Shown: positions 22,680 to 33,394 of the stretch, piece after piece
How positions within the stretch are numbered: position 1 is the stretch's first letter
Layout: each line of letters begins with the position of its first letter
Assembly (NCBI GenBank): GCA_026023565.1
Contig: JAPETS010000024.1
Location: 496,001 to 537,849 of the forward strand
DNA length: 41,849 nucleotides
Direction of reading: 5' to 3'
From: Cirrosporium novae-zelandiae
Taxonomy: Eukaryota
Made by a program: the position numbers and the translations under genes
The notes under the pieces: generated by a model
What the model saw: only the letters and a program-made list of their open reading frames with translations
The model's database searches: none
Told to the model about the DNA's origin: nothing

Positions 22680-25463
22680 ATGAACGTTCTACGATGTGGC
22701 ATTCACGGTTTTCATGAGACTCTTGGCTTAGACGTCAACGAGATAAGTTTTTTCTGGACACTTCATAGCGACAAGGAGGATGCATTCCAGACTGCATACA
22801 AAGTACTTGTTTCGACCGACATACAGCAGCTTAGCAACCCCCCTACAGATGAGGATGGCCCTTTCGAAACCGCGGAAAGTTGGAGCTCTGGAAAGGTTAA
22901 GAGCCATGCTCAAAGAGATATTAGATGCAACCCAAAAAGGGGGTTTAGATCTACATGTCCATACTATTGGGTAGCTATCATCTGGGATAACCTGGACCAG
23001 CCTACTACCAGCTCTATCAATACCTTCTTCACGGCCTATCCTAGGGCACATGAACCGCCACCTCTAAGTCCCAACCAGACTTATATGCCTTATGATAGTC
23101 TCATCTACAGAACCTGGTTCGAGGATGAGGGAAACAGATGGAAGGCTCGGTGGATTGGAGATGGTGGCGATAAGCCATTATATCTACGTCGGTCCTTTAA
23201 AATCGCAGAAAAACCCACTAGAGCCATGATATTTGTTTCTGGACTCGGCCATTATGCGCTAAGGGTTAACGGCCAACTGGCATCTGACCATGTTCTCGAT
23301 CCTGGGTGGACGAACTATCACCGTACTGTACAGTTCGTTGCACACGATTTAACAGACCTGCTAACCGAAGGTGAAAATGTTCTTACTGGACATCTCGGAA
23401 ATGGATTCTACGCTGGAGACAAGGGAGACAGGTTCTTTTGGCCCATGTATGAGGATAATACGTACATCCGCTATGGGAATGAACTTCCGTTTCTTGCCGA
23501 ATTGCATCTCTTTTATCCAGATGGCAACCACCAGATCCTTTTTACCGATACGGAATGGCGAGTTAAGCGCAGTGCGACGACTCTTGCCAATGTATACGCT
23601 TCAGAAACGCATGACCGTCGACTCTACCCATGGGGTTGGGACTCTCCAGGCTTTGATGATAGTTCTTGGGCTCCGGCAAAGCATCTTACTGGGCCAAGGG
23701 GGCAACTGAGGTATCAAAGACAACCCCCTCTTGTTTTACATGACACTTTCAAACCCGTATCTACACGGACTCCTCGTCCGGGTGTAGTGTGCTTCGATCT
23801 TGGTCAGAATATGTCAACAATGGTGAAGATTGTTATTGAAGGGAAAGCGGGATCAAAAATAATCGTTCGTTACGCTGAGAGTGTGCATGATGACGGAACA
23901 GTACGGATGCCTGATCCACTGTTCAAGGATTTCGAAACAGATGTCTATTCTATTATCTACTTGGCAGGCCGTGGAGAGCCTGAAACATGGTCTCCTGAGT
24001 TTAGCTTCACCAGCGCTCGATATATCCAGGTTGAGGGCGTATCATTGGAGCCTGGCCAAGGATTACCTGTGATCTATTCCGCAGTTGGACAGCACGTTTC
24101 TTCTTCGTCAAGAGCGCTTGGTTATATTAAGACGGACAAATCCGATGTCAACGCTCTGCTGAATGCCTGCTACTGGAGTTTCTCAAGTAATTTACACAGT
24201 CTACACACAGATTGCCCTCAAATCGAGAAGTTTGGCTGGCTTGAAGTGACCCATCTGCTTGCTGCTTCCACGCAGTATATGCGAGACGTCGAGGCCTTGT
24301 ATACTAAAATCATCCAAGACATCATCGATACCCAAGAACCAAATGGACTAGTCCCTTGCACCGCCCCTGAAATCCGTTATATGACTGGTCCATTTCGCGA
24401 CACTATTACCTGGAGCGCTGCGCTGATCCTCCTTCCCGACATTCTTTCCCGCTATTATGGGTCCACTAGTATCATACCTTATGTTTATCAACCAGCCACA
24501 CGATACTTAGCATATATGCGCGGTAAAGAGCGCCGTGGTGGACTAATTGAGCATGGTCTTGGCGACTGGGGTCGTGAAATCGGCTTCGGCAATGCGCAAG
24601 CTAACATTGAGACAGCCTTTTATTACAAATGCTTGCGGTGTATGGAGATGTTTGCACGGCACCTAGGGCTAGCAACAGAAGCGTCAGACTTTGCCGAGCG
24701 GGCTGATCGAGTCTCTAAGGTATACAACCAACATCTGCTTGTTCTAGATGACATGACCCGTAGATATGCTTACTACACCTCCCTAGACAAGTATCCGACC
24801 CGTGATATGACAGCTGTAAACCAAGCCATAGCCCTCCAGTTTAATCTTGTGCCTCCAAAGCACCATGCAGATATCATGCACGCCTTTCTAGCAGGTGTTG
24901 CAGATGGAAAGCTTCAATCCGGTGAAGTCGGCCTACCATACCTATTTGCAACCCTCGCGGATTCCGGACGACACGATCTTGTCCTGCAGATGACGCGGCA
25001 AGAAGAGCATCCATCGTATATGCGCTTCATCCGGCATGGGGAGACAACACTACCGGAATTCTGGCAGGACGAGTGTCGTAGTAAATGCCATGACATGCTT
25101 GGCTCAATACTTGAGTGGTTTTATGTAGCTGTATTGGGCGTGAAACCCATAGAGAGTGCATATAAAATATTCGCTGTCAAGCCACCATACATATCAGAGT
25201 TCGGGCACGTGGAGGGAACAGTGGACTGTCCGTATGGGCAAATTGCTGTGACGTTCGACCGTAGGGTTGAAGGGAGTATTACCTTAGAATTGGATATCCC
25301 TACTAGCACGATAGCCAAATTGGAACTACCGGATTATCCATCCGAGGTGGAGATACTGCGCAAGGGCGATGATGATGATACACCACATGTAGTAAGCAAT
25401 AATGGCCCTGTGGAGCTAAGACAAGGGAGTTATACCGCATCCATTATAAAATTGGGAACTTGA
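22680..25463 (+). CDS. Glycoside hydrolase family 78 alpha-L-rhamnosidase
   Basis: Intronless ORF from ATG 22680. Motifs SGLGHY..VNG...HVLDPGWTNY, FDLGQN, HTDCPQIEKFGWLE, GLGDW and HGETTLPEFW...SKCHDMLG. No obvious signal peptide. Confidence 0.92.
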   Translation: MNVLRCGIHGFHETLGLDVNEISFFWTLHSDKEDAFQTAYKVLVSTDIQQLSNPPTDEDGPFETAESWSSGKVKSHAQRDIRCNPKRGFRSTCPYYWVAIIWDNLDQPTTSSINTFFTAYPRAHEPPPLSPNQTYMPYDSLIYRTWFEDEGNRWKARWIGDGGDKPLYLRRSFKIAEKPTRAMIFVSGLGHYALRVNGQLASDHVLDPGWTNYHRTVQFVAHDLTDLLTEGENVLTGHLGNGFYAGDKGDRFFWPMYEDNTYIRYGNELPFLAELHLFYPDGNHQILFTDTEWRVKRSATTLANVYASETHDRRLYPWGWDSPGFDDSSWAPAKHLTGPRGQLRYQRQPPLVLHDTFKPVSTRTPRPGVVCFDLGQNMSTMVKIVIEGKAGSKIIVRYAESVHDDGTVRMPDPLFKDFETDVYSIIYLAGRGEPETWSPEFSFTSARYIQVEGVSLEPGQGLPVIYSAVGQHVSSSSRALGYIKTDKSDVNALLNACYWSFSSNLHSLHTDCPQIEKFGWLEVTHLLAASTQYMRDVEALYTKIIQDIIDTQEPNGLVPCTAPEIRYMTGPFRDTITWSAALILLPDILSRYYGSTSIIPYVYQPATRYLAYMRGKERRGGLIEHGLGDWGREIGFGNAQANIETAFYYKCLRCMEMFARHLGLATEASDFAERADRVSKVYNQHLLVLDDMTRRYAYYTSLDKYPTRDMTAVNQAIALQFNLVPPKHHADIMHAFLAGVADGKLQSGEVGLPYLFATLADSGRHDLVLQMTRQEEHPSYMRFIRHGETTLPEFWQDECRSKCHDMLGSILEWFYVAVLGVKPIESAYKIFAVKPPYISEFGHVEGTVDCPYGQIAVTFDRRVEGSITLELDIPTSTIAKLELPDYPSEVEILRKGDDDDTPHVVSNNGPVELRQGSYTASIIKLGT

Positions 25464-26863
25464 AGAGGGCTAATTAGCATTCTTCTCCATGGGTACCTAG
25501 GTAGTCAGCTTTTCGTTCTATTTTATAAGGAGCTCTTCCTTCCTTCCCCTCTGACTGTAATGGGAGCCAGCAAGCAAACAAGCATAAATATGATGATTCG
25601 TCACGGAGCAGATAAGCTAAATGATTGTTCGGTTCTGGGAGGGGTATGAAGCAAGAATAGGAGAGAGTTGGGGGGTGGAAGCCCCGTGGGGTTGGCTGGC
25701 TGAAGGAGGGCTGTGGGTGTGGGTGTGGGAGTTGAATATTGAAGTACAGGTACAGTACATGTATACAGAACACACATATTATTGAGAGACGATTTGTAGT
25801 GATCAACTATAACTAAGTACCTACTTAAAAGGATGTGAGGTATCTGTTTTAGTTGGCGGATAGACTACCTAGTGTCAGAGTATAACCTTAGCTGGGGCAT
25901 AAATAATGGAATTGTGTAAGTTGTTCGAGGGAAGATACCGATAAAAGCACAAACGAAATAGAAAACGTTGCGAGTGAGATAGTCTAGATCGATAGCTTAA
26001 ATACCTTGGAGCCTATCAGGTTGGATAGAGGGAAGGCATGTGGATTAATACATGTAGATATTTACTATCTATCATCTAGGTAGTAGTGTACTGTTTGTTA
26101 GTTATAAACACTCGTGACAGTTCTCTCCAAGTCAAGTCGCACAGAGATTGCTCGCTCGAAAACCAATTCCCATCACGCGCCACTAGTTAAATGTTGAGGA
26201 AAACAATAAAGAAAAAATAGCACCGCTTAAATAGATACAAAATATTATTTTCATGGGATTTATTCAAAGTAAAAGGATGCCAGAATGTTAGAAGTTTGAA
26301 TTGGATGAAGGAGACTGCGCCCCATGGCTCCCAAGTGCTGCAAGGCAGAAAGCATCTAAACTGTTTGATTGATTGCAAAATAGCAAAACAAAACAATTCC
26401 ATTCGGTTTGGCAAACTCGTTTCATAGATAAGTGCGTACGTAGTATTTTAATTGTCAGTTCAAGATTCCAACATAAGTAAAAAATATGTGCATGGATGAA
26501 AGGCATAGGCAAAATTTGATGAACCTATATTAACTGAAATATATCCAAAGCTTGCCTGCTCTTGTCTGTCTGATCTGGTCTTCGCAAACCGATTCTGTCA
26601 TTGCGTTTTCAAACGTTGCCGATGTGTATTTCTTCTCGAGGTTCTGTTTGGCCAAACAGAGAGACAGGGCATTCTATTACTCTAGAGTAGGAGTCAGATC
26701 GGGTACTAATAACTGTGTGATTGCTGAAGACGTACCTGAAAAAGTAATATGTATAAAGTCACGGTATTGCGGTGAAGCAAATAGTAATAACGGTCTTTCT
26801 TCTCACAGTATTAATCCATCCTGATTATTGTCGCGATTATATTCATTGTTTGTTTAGGCCAAA

Positions 26864-27337
26864 ATGGCTAAGCAAAAATGTTGGTATTGGCCAAAAGATC
26901 CTCGAAGGGGTCGAAATCCAGGAAGAAATGGAGGGTTTTGGGGTAGATTCAAGGATGTCGTTACAAGGCGAGGACCAGATATATATGTGGGAAGTGAATT
27001 CCCATCTAGGATAGCGTGGTCAAAGTGGAGGGATATGTATCCAGAGCAAGAGAGGGATAAACTCTTCTGGACACCCCAAGGCCCGTTTTGGTTGGAAGGC
27101 AATGACAATACTATCGAACCGCCTCCAGTTTTCGATTCCATATTTAACTGGAATGATCCCACAAACAGATATAACTTTCGTCGGCGCAAATATCAACCGT
27201 TTAACGAATTCATGTGGAGTAGTGCGGAGCCCACAAAGTCAAAAAATCCGAAGAGGTGGTACTATCGAGATGCTCGGGGAAGTCGGTTCTATGCTCGTTG
27301 GAGTGATATGGATGGCTACCAGCATTGGCCCATGTGA
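26864..27337 (+). CDS. Hypothetical Trp/Arg-rich protein (157 aa)
   Basis: ATG in AAAATGG context, 157 codons, unusually W-rich, no recognised domain. Confidence 0.6.
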   Translation: MAKQKCWYWPKDPRRGRNPGRNGGFWGRFKDVVTRRGPDIYVGSEFPSRIAWSKWRDMYPEQERDKLFWTPQGPFWLEGNDNTIEPPPVFDSIFNWNDPTNRYNFRRRKYQPFNEFMWSSAEPTKSKNPKRWYYRDARGSRFYARWSDMDGYQHWPM

Positions 27338-28278
27338 TATGTTTCCCAGGAAGCAACGTCTTGGCCATCGATATTTCGCACCACCTTTCTTCTACCAGTT
27401 GGATGCTGTGGCTTTCTGGACACCAATTTGCCACATAGGTCACAAGGCCGTGTCATTATATCCGAGTAAGAGACGAGCATTTCCTAAAATACAGTTAGCA
27501 TGAACTGATGAAATAGAAGGGCGAACATACCAAGAGGTAGCGAAGATCGTTGGGAAATGGGCGGTTCTCGATGCAGTTCAGTACTTCTCCAGTTCGTTTG
27601 GCCGATTCCTTGCAGGTGACTCGGAATCTTTGGAGTTTACTGGTATCCTTTTGCGGTTCGACCCGAAAATGCATCATACCCTTAGGAAGGTGGAGCAGGA
27701 TAGCTTTCGTCTTGTCAATGAAACTGAGTTTGAGATCTGGATGTTCCTTTGCAAATTCCTCATAGACCCGTTTGAGATCATCTTTCGTATGTTCCACTGC
27801 TTGAATGGCCTCCTCTTTCTGATTATTCGATTCTTCTTCCTTGTCGTCATGCAACTGCTTTGGTTCCAGCCAGTCGGGATGCTCATTGACCTTCCAAATG
27901 ATAAATTCGTCTTTTCTAGCCTCTTTGGCTTTTGCTAACACGGCTTTGTTCTTATCATCCCTCATGAAGGTGGTAAAGTTTTTAATCTCTCCAACTGCAC
28001 CAATTGCCCCTTGGACAAACTCGTCAAAGAGGCCTTCGGGGGATTCGTACTCTTGTGACAACGGGCGTAGGAGGGTTTGAAATGTAAACCGTAAGCTCCT
28101 CATCTATGTTCACAGGATTAGGAATCTAGTAATCATGGCAGCCACTCGAGACAATGACGTTACATACCTTGATATGCATATCCTGTAGTCGGTCAAGTGC
28201 GTCAACAAGCTGAGCTTCGTTCCATTCACCCTGATTACCGGGATTCTGGGGAGCTTGGGCATCGCTGATGTTGGCCAT
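27316..28278 (-). CDS. Mediator complex subunit Med27-like protein
   Basis: Exons 28278-28168, 28103-27531, 27483-27316. N-terminal WNEAQLVDALDRLQDMHIK-MRSLR; RPFPNDLRYLL-EMLVSY; C-terminal zinc-binding CDLC...WETYHMGQC typical of fungal Med27. Confidence 0.75.
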
Positions 28279-28448
28279 CCTTTAGAGAAATAAGTAGTAT
28301 GAATAGAGGTGTATGAAGGTCTTAGATGGAGTTTGAGAGAAGTTGGAGGGTTAAGAGGAGTTGGAGGGTTAATAATGTGAAAAGAGATTCGCTGCACTTG
28401 TGTGAACCAGCTACGCCTGACCAATCAGCATGTGAGCGCAAAGGGGTC

Positions 28449-28765
28449 CCAAATAAGCAGGACTCACAAACTCGAATCTTTACTATTTGTATTGGAAAAA
28501 GGATGTAGATTTGTAGAGAAAGAGGTACTAGTTATATGTTCTGCAAAAAAGCTTTACGCTCAAAATTAATTCAAATGGTAACTACGAAAATGATTTTCGG
28601 AGACCGAGGGTGAGTCGCGTTTGAAACGTAGAATATACATTGACGATGTTAGGAAATTATTCAAACAGGCAACCTACCTTCGGGTTTTCAAACAAAATCG
28701 ATTTTCAATAATAATTTAATTTGAAAGCCTCCCCAGGAAAAAGAATAAAAAAAGAATTTGTGAGT
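28449..28765. mobile_element. Degenerate MITE-like repeat, copy A
   Basis: Begins CCAAATAAGCAGGACTCACAAACTC and ends GAATTTGTGAGT (inverted). 28592-28765 is collinear with 31109-31369 (shared TTCGGAG.CCGAGG, TTTCAAACAAAATC..TTTTCAATAA, GCCTCCC.AGGAAAAA, GAATTTGTGAGT). Confidence 0.65.
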
Positions 28766-29383
28766 ACCATCCTGCGCCCACACATGAATGTTTTATAGCA
28801 AAATCAAAAGTCTCTTCAACTTATGATTTTGGTAAGAGAGAGTATTGCTATATAAGTCTTGAAATTCATAAAAGGATATATAAAGCATCTGCTGTAAAAG
28901 CTGTCAAAGTAACATTTCTCTGCCTGAAGCTCCAAGCTTTTGGTCTGAGCTCTTATATTTATATAGACCAGTCCCATAGAAACAAGCAGGTAATGTCACT
29001 GCTCTCCAAACAAACTCTTGTAGAACATTCGGGATGAATGATAAAGTAGTAGAGTTTGTTTAAATAAAAGCTTTGCCCCTGATTATTTCAATGAGAGATC
29101 ATGCTACTAGATACGTCAAATCAATGCCATGTCAATTTACGGCCCCACAAAATATAAAATAATATATGCTTGGGATTAAGCAAAAATACCTTAAGATATG
29201 TCATGAGCAGCTATGCATCCCTTAGGTTGATGGAGGCAATTCATTATGCCCTCGTACTTTTCCTCTATGAAATAGATTCTCATACCACCTGGTACAACCT
29301 ATTTATAACGCCATTTCCTGCACGTCCATCCCATCGTATCATTCACTTCACTTGCTAATGAGCATGACCTCAATAAAAATATC

Positions 29384-30878
29384 CTAATAGGCCCTGGCCA
29401 GATTCCTCAAATACCAGTCGACTAATCTCCTTCCGACCTTTGCTTCACTAATTTGGATCATGTCACCCTGCACACAGTAATCCAAATCATTTGCATTCAC
29501 AACGTCTCCTTCTAACAAACCACCTTCGCTCCATCTCACTTGCCGGCTTCGTTGTTTATTCACTAAGAGCCAATCCCTCAATTTCTCTGGCTCAACTTCT
29601 AAGAATCCAGCCAATTTTTGTAAATCCATGGTGGTATAGAGCTTGAGGTAGGATTTCAGGAGAGGATTCATCATGGTAGATTTGACCTCATCCATAAAGA
29701 TTGCGGTTTGGTGGTCTACTGGGTCAACATTGGCTTCTGGGTTATCAAAGTCTGGAGGTGTTGGGGTGATAAATTTGGGGCAGGCGTTGCGGAAGAGTTC
29801 TTCGAAGATAGGGAGCGATTCAGGGCCACCCCGTTGGAGGCGGTTAAATTGCTCGCCATACTTTTCACGGAGGGCGGCGTGAATCGAGTCATCCAGACGG
29901 GAGGGGTGAAAGGCGACGGCGATGGCAATGAGTGCTAACATTTGATCGTTCTTCTTGGCAACCTGATCATAGGCATTCGATTTCTGGGAAATATTCTTGG
30001 TACGAGCGACGTAAACAAGAATATGAGAGAACATGCGAATGGCATCGGCATAACGGCGCGTCATAAGATAGCAGAAGCCAACATGGTAGTATGTGGTGAA
30101 ATGGGCGGCCATGACACGCGCAAACATGGCTTTCTTGTTGAGTTCAATATCATCCAGGGTCTTTAGTGCAAGGGAATAGTCGCCCAACAGACAGTGTACC
30201 CGCAGCAATCCAATGATGGAAAAGTAACCCAACATACGGTATAGTGGTCGAGATCCATATTCTCCGGCTACAGACATCGGGTCTTCATTACGCTTCATAG
30301 CAGCTAGCTGGTCGGTAATTTGAGATCTTTGGATGAGGGAGTAGAGGACATTGAGGACAGAGTAGCAGCCCCAGGTGTTTGGATTCTCGCGGAGAAGCTG
30401 AGCTTCCTCATCATGAGGGGAAGTGCGCGCAATACGATGTCGGTAGCGGCAGAAGGATTCAAATTGGTAAATAAATTCATCAATGACATCCCAGGCCCAG
30501 TAGTACTAATATTTTCACATCCAAGGTTAGCATGCACTCTGACCCCGGGAGAAAATTGCAAAATTGTATCCAGAATCCTCAACTCACTGATGGCACTTCC
30601 AAATCCACAGGTCCATCTGAATTCAATATGAAGTGAAAAAGACTGCAGTAATTATCATAGCTCGTGAGTTTGACATCTAGAGAAGCCTGGTATTCCAAAG
30701 GAGTTGCTGCAGCAACTAGTTGGGCCTGTAAATCTTGAGCGATGCCTCCAAGGGAGTTTGTTCGCTCCAGATCCGCCATGCCATCGTCGAAATTGACCTG
30801 TTGCTGATAATCATTGACGAGCGCTTCCTCTTCGACATCGGATTCATCCCGGATTTGAGCGGGGGCTCTTGCAGCCAT
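29384..30878 (-). CDS. Eukaryotic translation initiation factor 3 subunit L
   Basis: Exons 30878-30588 and 30505-29384. Motifs SYDNYCSLFHFILNSDGPVDLEVPS-YYWAWDVIDEFIYQF, LYRMLGYFSIIGLLRVHCLLGDY and LKSYLKLYTTM. Confidence 0.96.
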
Positions 30879-31108
30879 CTTGAGGATTTGATGAAGAATT
30901 TCAGGCTCTTCTAGAGTTCTGGATAGATGTTGGGGATTAAAAGTGTGATGTACAAAGGATATATTTGTACTAGCTATACCCCGCAAGGGGGCCCTATGCT
31001 CAAGACTAATCCTAATAATCCTAATATGGTAACTACAGTACAATTAATAGGAAAGGCAACAACACAGCAGTTCTATAATAATTTGCCCAAAGATAAATAA
31101 ATAAAAAA

Positions 31109-31382
31109 GATTCTTCGGAGTCCGAGGTGAATCAGATGTTTGAGTGTGCATTCACGATATTGGGATGTTTGAATGTGCATTCGCTTAATTTCCCAATATC
31201 ATGAATGCACATTCAAACATCTGATTCACCCTCGAGCTTTCAAACAAAATCAGTTTTCAATAACATTTTAATTTTAAGGCCTCCTGAAAGCCTAAAAGAT
31301 AAAAGTTAATTTTGTTTAAAGGCCTCCCTAGGAAAAATAATAGTAAAAAAAAAAACTGAATTTGTGAGTCTCGCTTATTTGG
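31109..31382. mobile_element. Degenerate MITE-like repeat, copy B, containing a 40-bp-arm hairpin
   Basis: Homologous to 28592-28765. Inverted repeat 31126-31165/31191-31230 matches 38/40. The end GAATTTGTGAGTCTCGCTTATTTGG is the inverse of 28449-28473. Confidence 0.7.
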
Positions 31383-31894
31383 AGTTGATTTTGAGGGTTT
31401 TCGCTTGTGAACCCTAGGCCGGTAGCTTATCGATAAGAGAAGATATTTACAGTACTAGCTATCATCTATAAAGCTTTCAACGACTCCACGGCATAACTGT
31501 GATTTTTGTTTTAATAATTGAAGATTATAATCATATTTAACTAGTCTGTTCTCCGTTATTTTTCTTACTCAAAGCATCCAATTGATGATGCGAATTAAGA
31601 ACTGGTCATCTTCATCCTCACTCCAGATGAATCTACATGGATGCCTGGACCAGACTTGGTCACTCGTTCACTGAAGATGGAACGAATGCTTCGTGCGGCT
31701 ATAGACCCCTCAAGATAGAAGGTGTAAGAGAGGAGGATCTGAACTACTGCTACTAGGCTATTGTACCACCGACAAATTTGCCTTAGCCCCTGTTAAGACT
31801 CAGGGGGTTCCGGAATGACTCACTCTATCAATATAATAAATACGATCTAGCAGCTCCGCGGGAGTTGTTCAGACAAATTGTGCTTGATTGGAAC

Positions 31895-32889
31895 ATGGCT
31901 TCTGCACTCACAGAGGAGCAGGTTGATCGGTACCTGGAATTCCTCCAGGTCCCCCATCAATATCACCGGAAAGCGAATCCACCCAGGGACCTCGAATTCC
32001 TAAATGTTCTTCATACCCATCAAATATCCGCTGTGCCATATGAGACTTTAGAGCTCCATTATTCCAAAGATCATAAAATATCCCTGGGTCCACAGAAGCT
32101 ATATGGCAAGATTGTGGCCCCCAATGGTCGAGGGGGTTACTGCATGGAAAACAGTGTCCTCTTCAACCATCTGCTTCGAGCCTTAGGTTTCCAGGTCTAC
32201 ACTACAGGTGTCAGGACCAGGCCGAGAGTTGGTAGCGTGCCGCAAGGAGGCTATAAGGGATGGTATTCTCTCCAAATACCCATCCTTGAAATTGACTCAT
32301 AACGGGTTTTAGGGTACACACGGTCAACATCGTGACACTTGCTGATGGAGTCAAGTATATGCTTGAAGTAGGGTATGGTGGTGATGGAGCAACTAAAATA
32401 ATTCCACTTGTCGACAACCACGTCATTCAGAACATTGGCACCCAGGAGATGCGTCTCATATACGACAACATCCCGCAACAAGTTGACAAGAGTATGAAAC
32501 TCTGGATATGCCAATATCGAAACGGGCCAGACCGTCCCTGGGACTCACTCTACTGCTTTTCGGAGATTGAGTTCCTGGATCACGACTTTGAGGTTATGAA
32601 TTTTTTCACCAGCTCAAGTCCCGACGCCTTTCCGACGTTCATGGTGCTTGTGGTGAAGTTCTTGCGCCGGGAACATGAGATATACGGAAAGATTATGCTT
32701 GTAAACAACGAAGTGAAGCAGAATTTGGGGGGTAAAACTATTCTGGTGAAGACATGCACGACGGAGGAAGAGAGGGTGGAGGCATTGAAGGAGTACTTTG
32801 GGATCCTTCTCACGGACGAGGAGAGAGAAGGCATCCGTGGAATGTCAACAGAGCTTCCTTATTCAGCGACGGTCCGTCTCAAAAATTAA
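31895..32889 (+). CDS. Arylamine N-acetyltransferase family protein
   Basis: Exons 31895-32262 and 32313-32889. Motifs HQISAVPYETL, RGGYCMENS, GWVHTVNIV and YMLEVGYG. Confidence 0.93.
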
Positions 32890-33394
32890 TTAGAGTAGTA
32901 GACATTATTTACTGGCTGACGGTACCCGGCTTTTCAGCCAACCACCGCAATTTAGAATAGAATCTTATATCCCCAATGAACTTCCACTACACCAAACAAC
33001 CCTTCTACAAGTACCAAAATGGGACCTTTGCCATCCTACATTCAACAAATTCCCCAATTGATTAGTCCATCCCACTTTTTCCAACCAAATCCAGATCCAA
33101 ATCCAAAAAAAACATAACGAAACCGTTTGCGCGTAAATTTATCTAATTAAGTTAGTTAAGCAAACCCATCTTGCCTTATCGATAACGAGCTTGGTTGACA
33201 ATCATGATGGATCTTCAAACCTCCCCCCTCAAGCTCAAGCACCCTACCCCTCGTCCCTCCTCCTCCGACATAGGACATATCTAAACCGCGACATTCAATC
33301 AATCAATCAATCATCCATTCATTGATATCTCACCTTAATACCGAAACCAACCACTTCCCAATTTATCATACCTATCCACCCAACCACCACCAAC

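Noticed and set aside
28340..28373. AGTTGGAGGGTTAA direct repeat, telomere-like at a glance
   Set aside because: Only two copies and not a (TTAGGG)n array; a simple local duplication.
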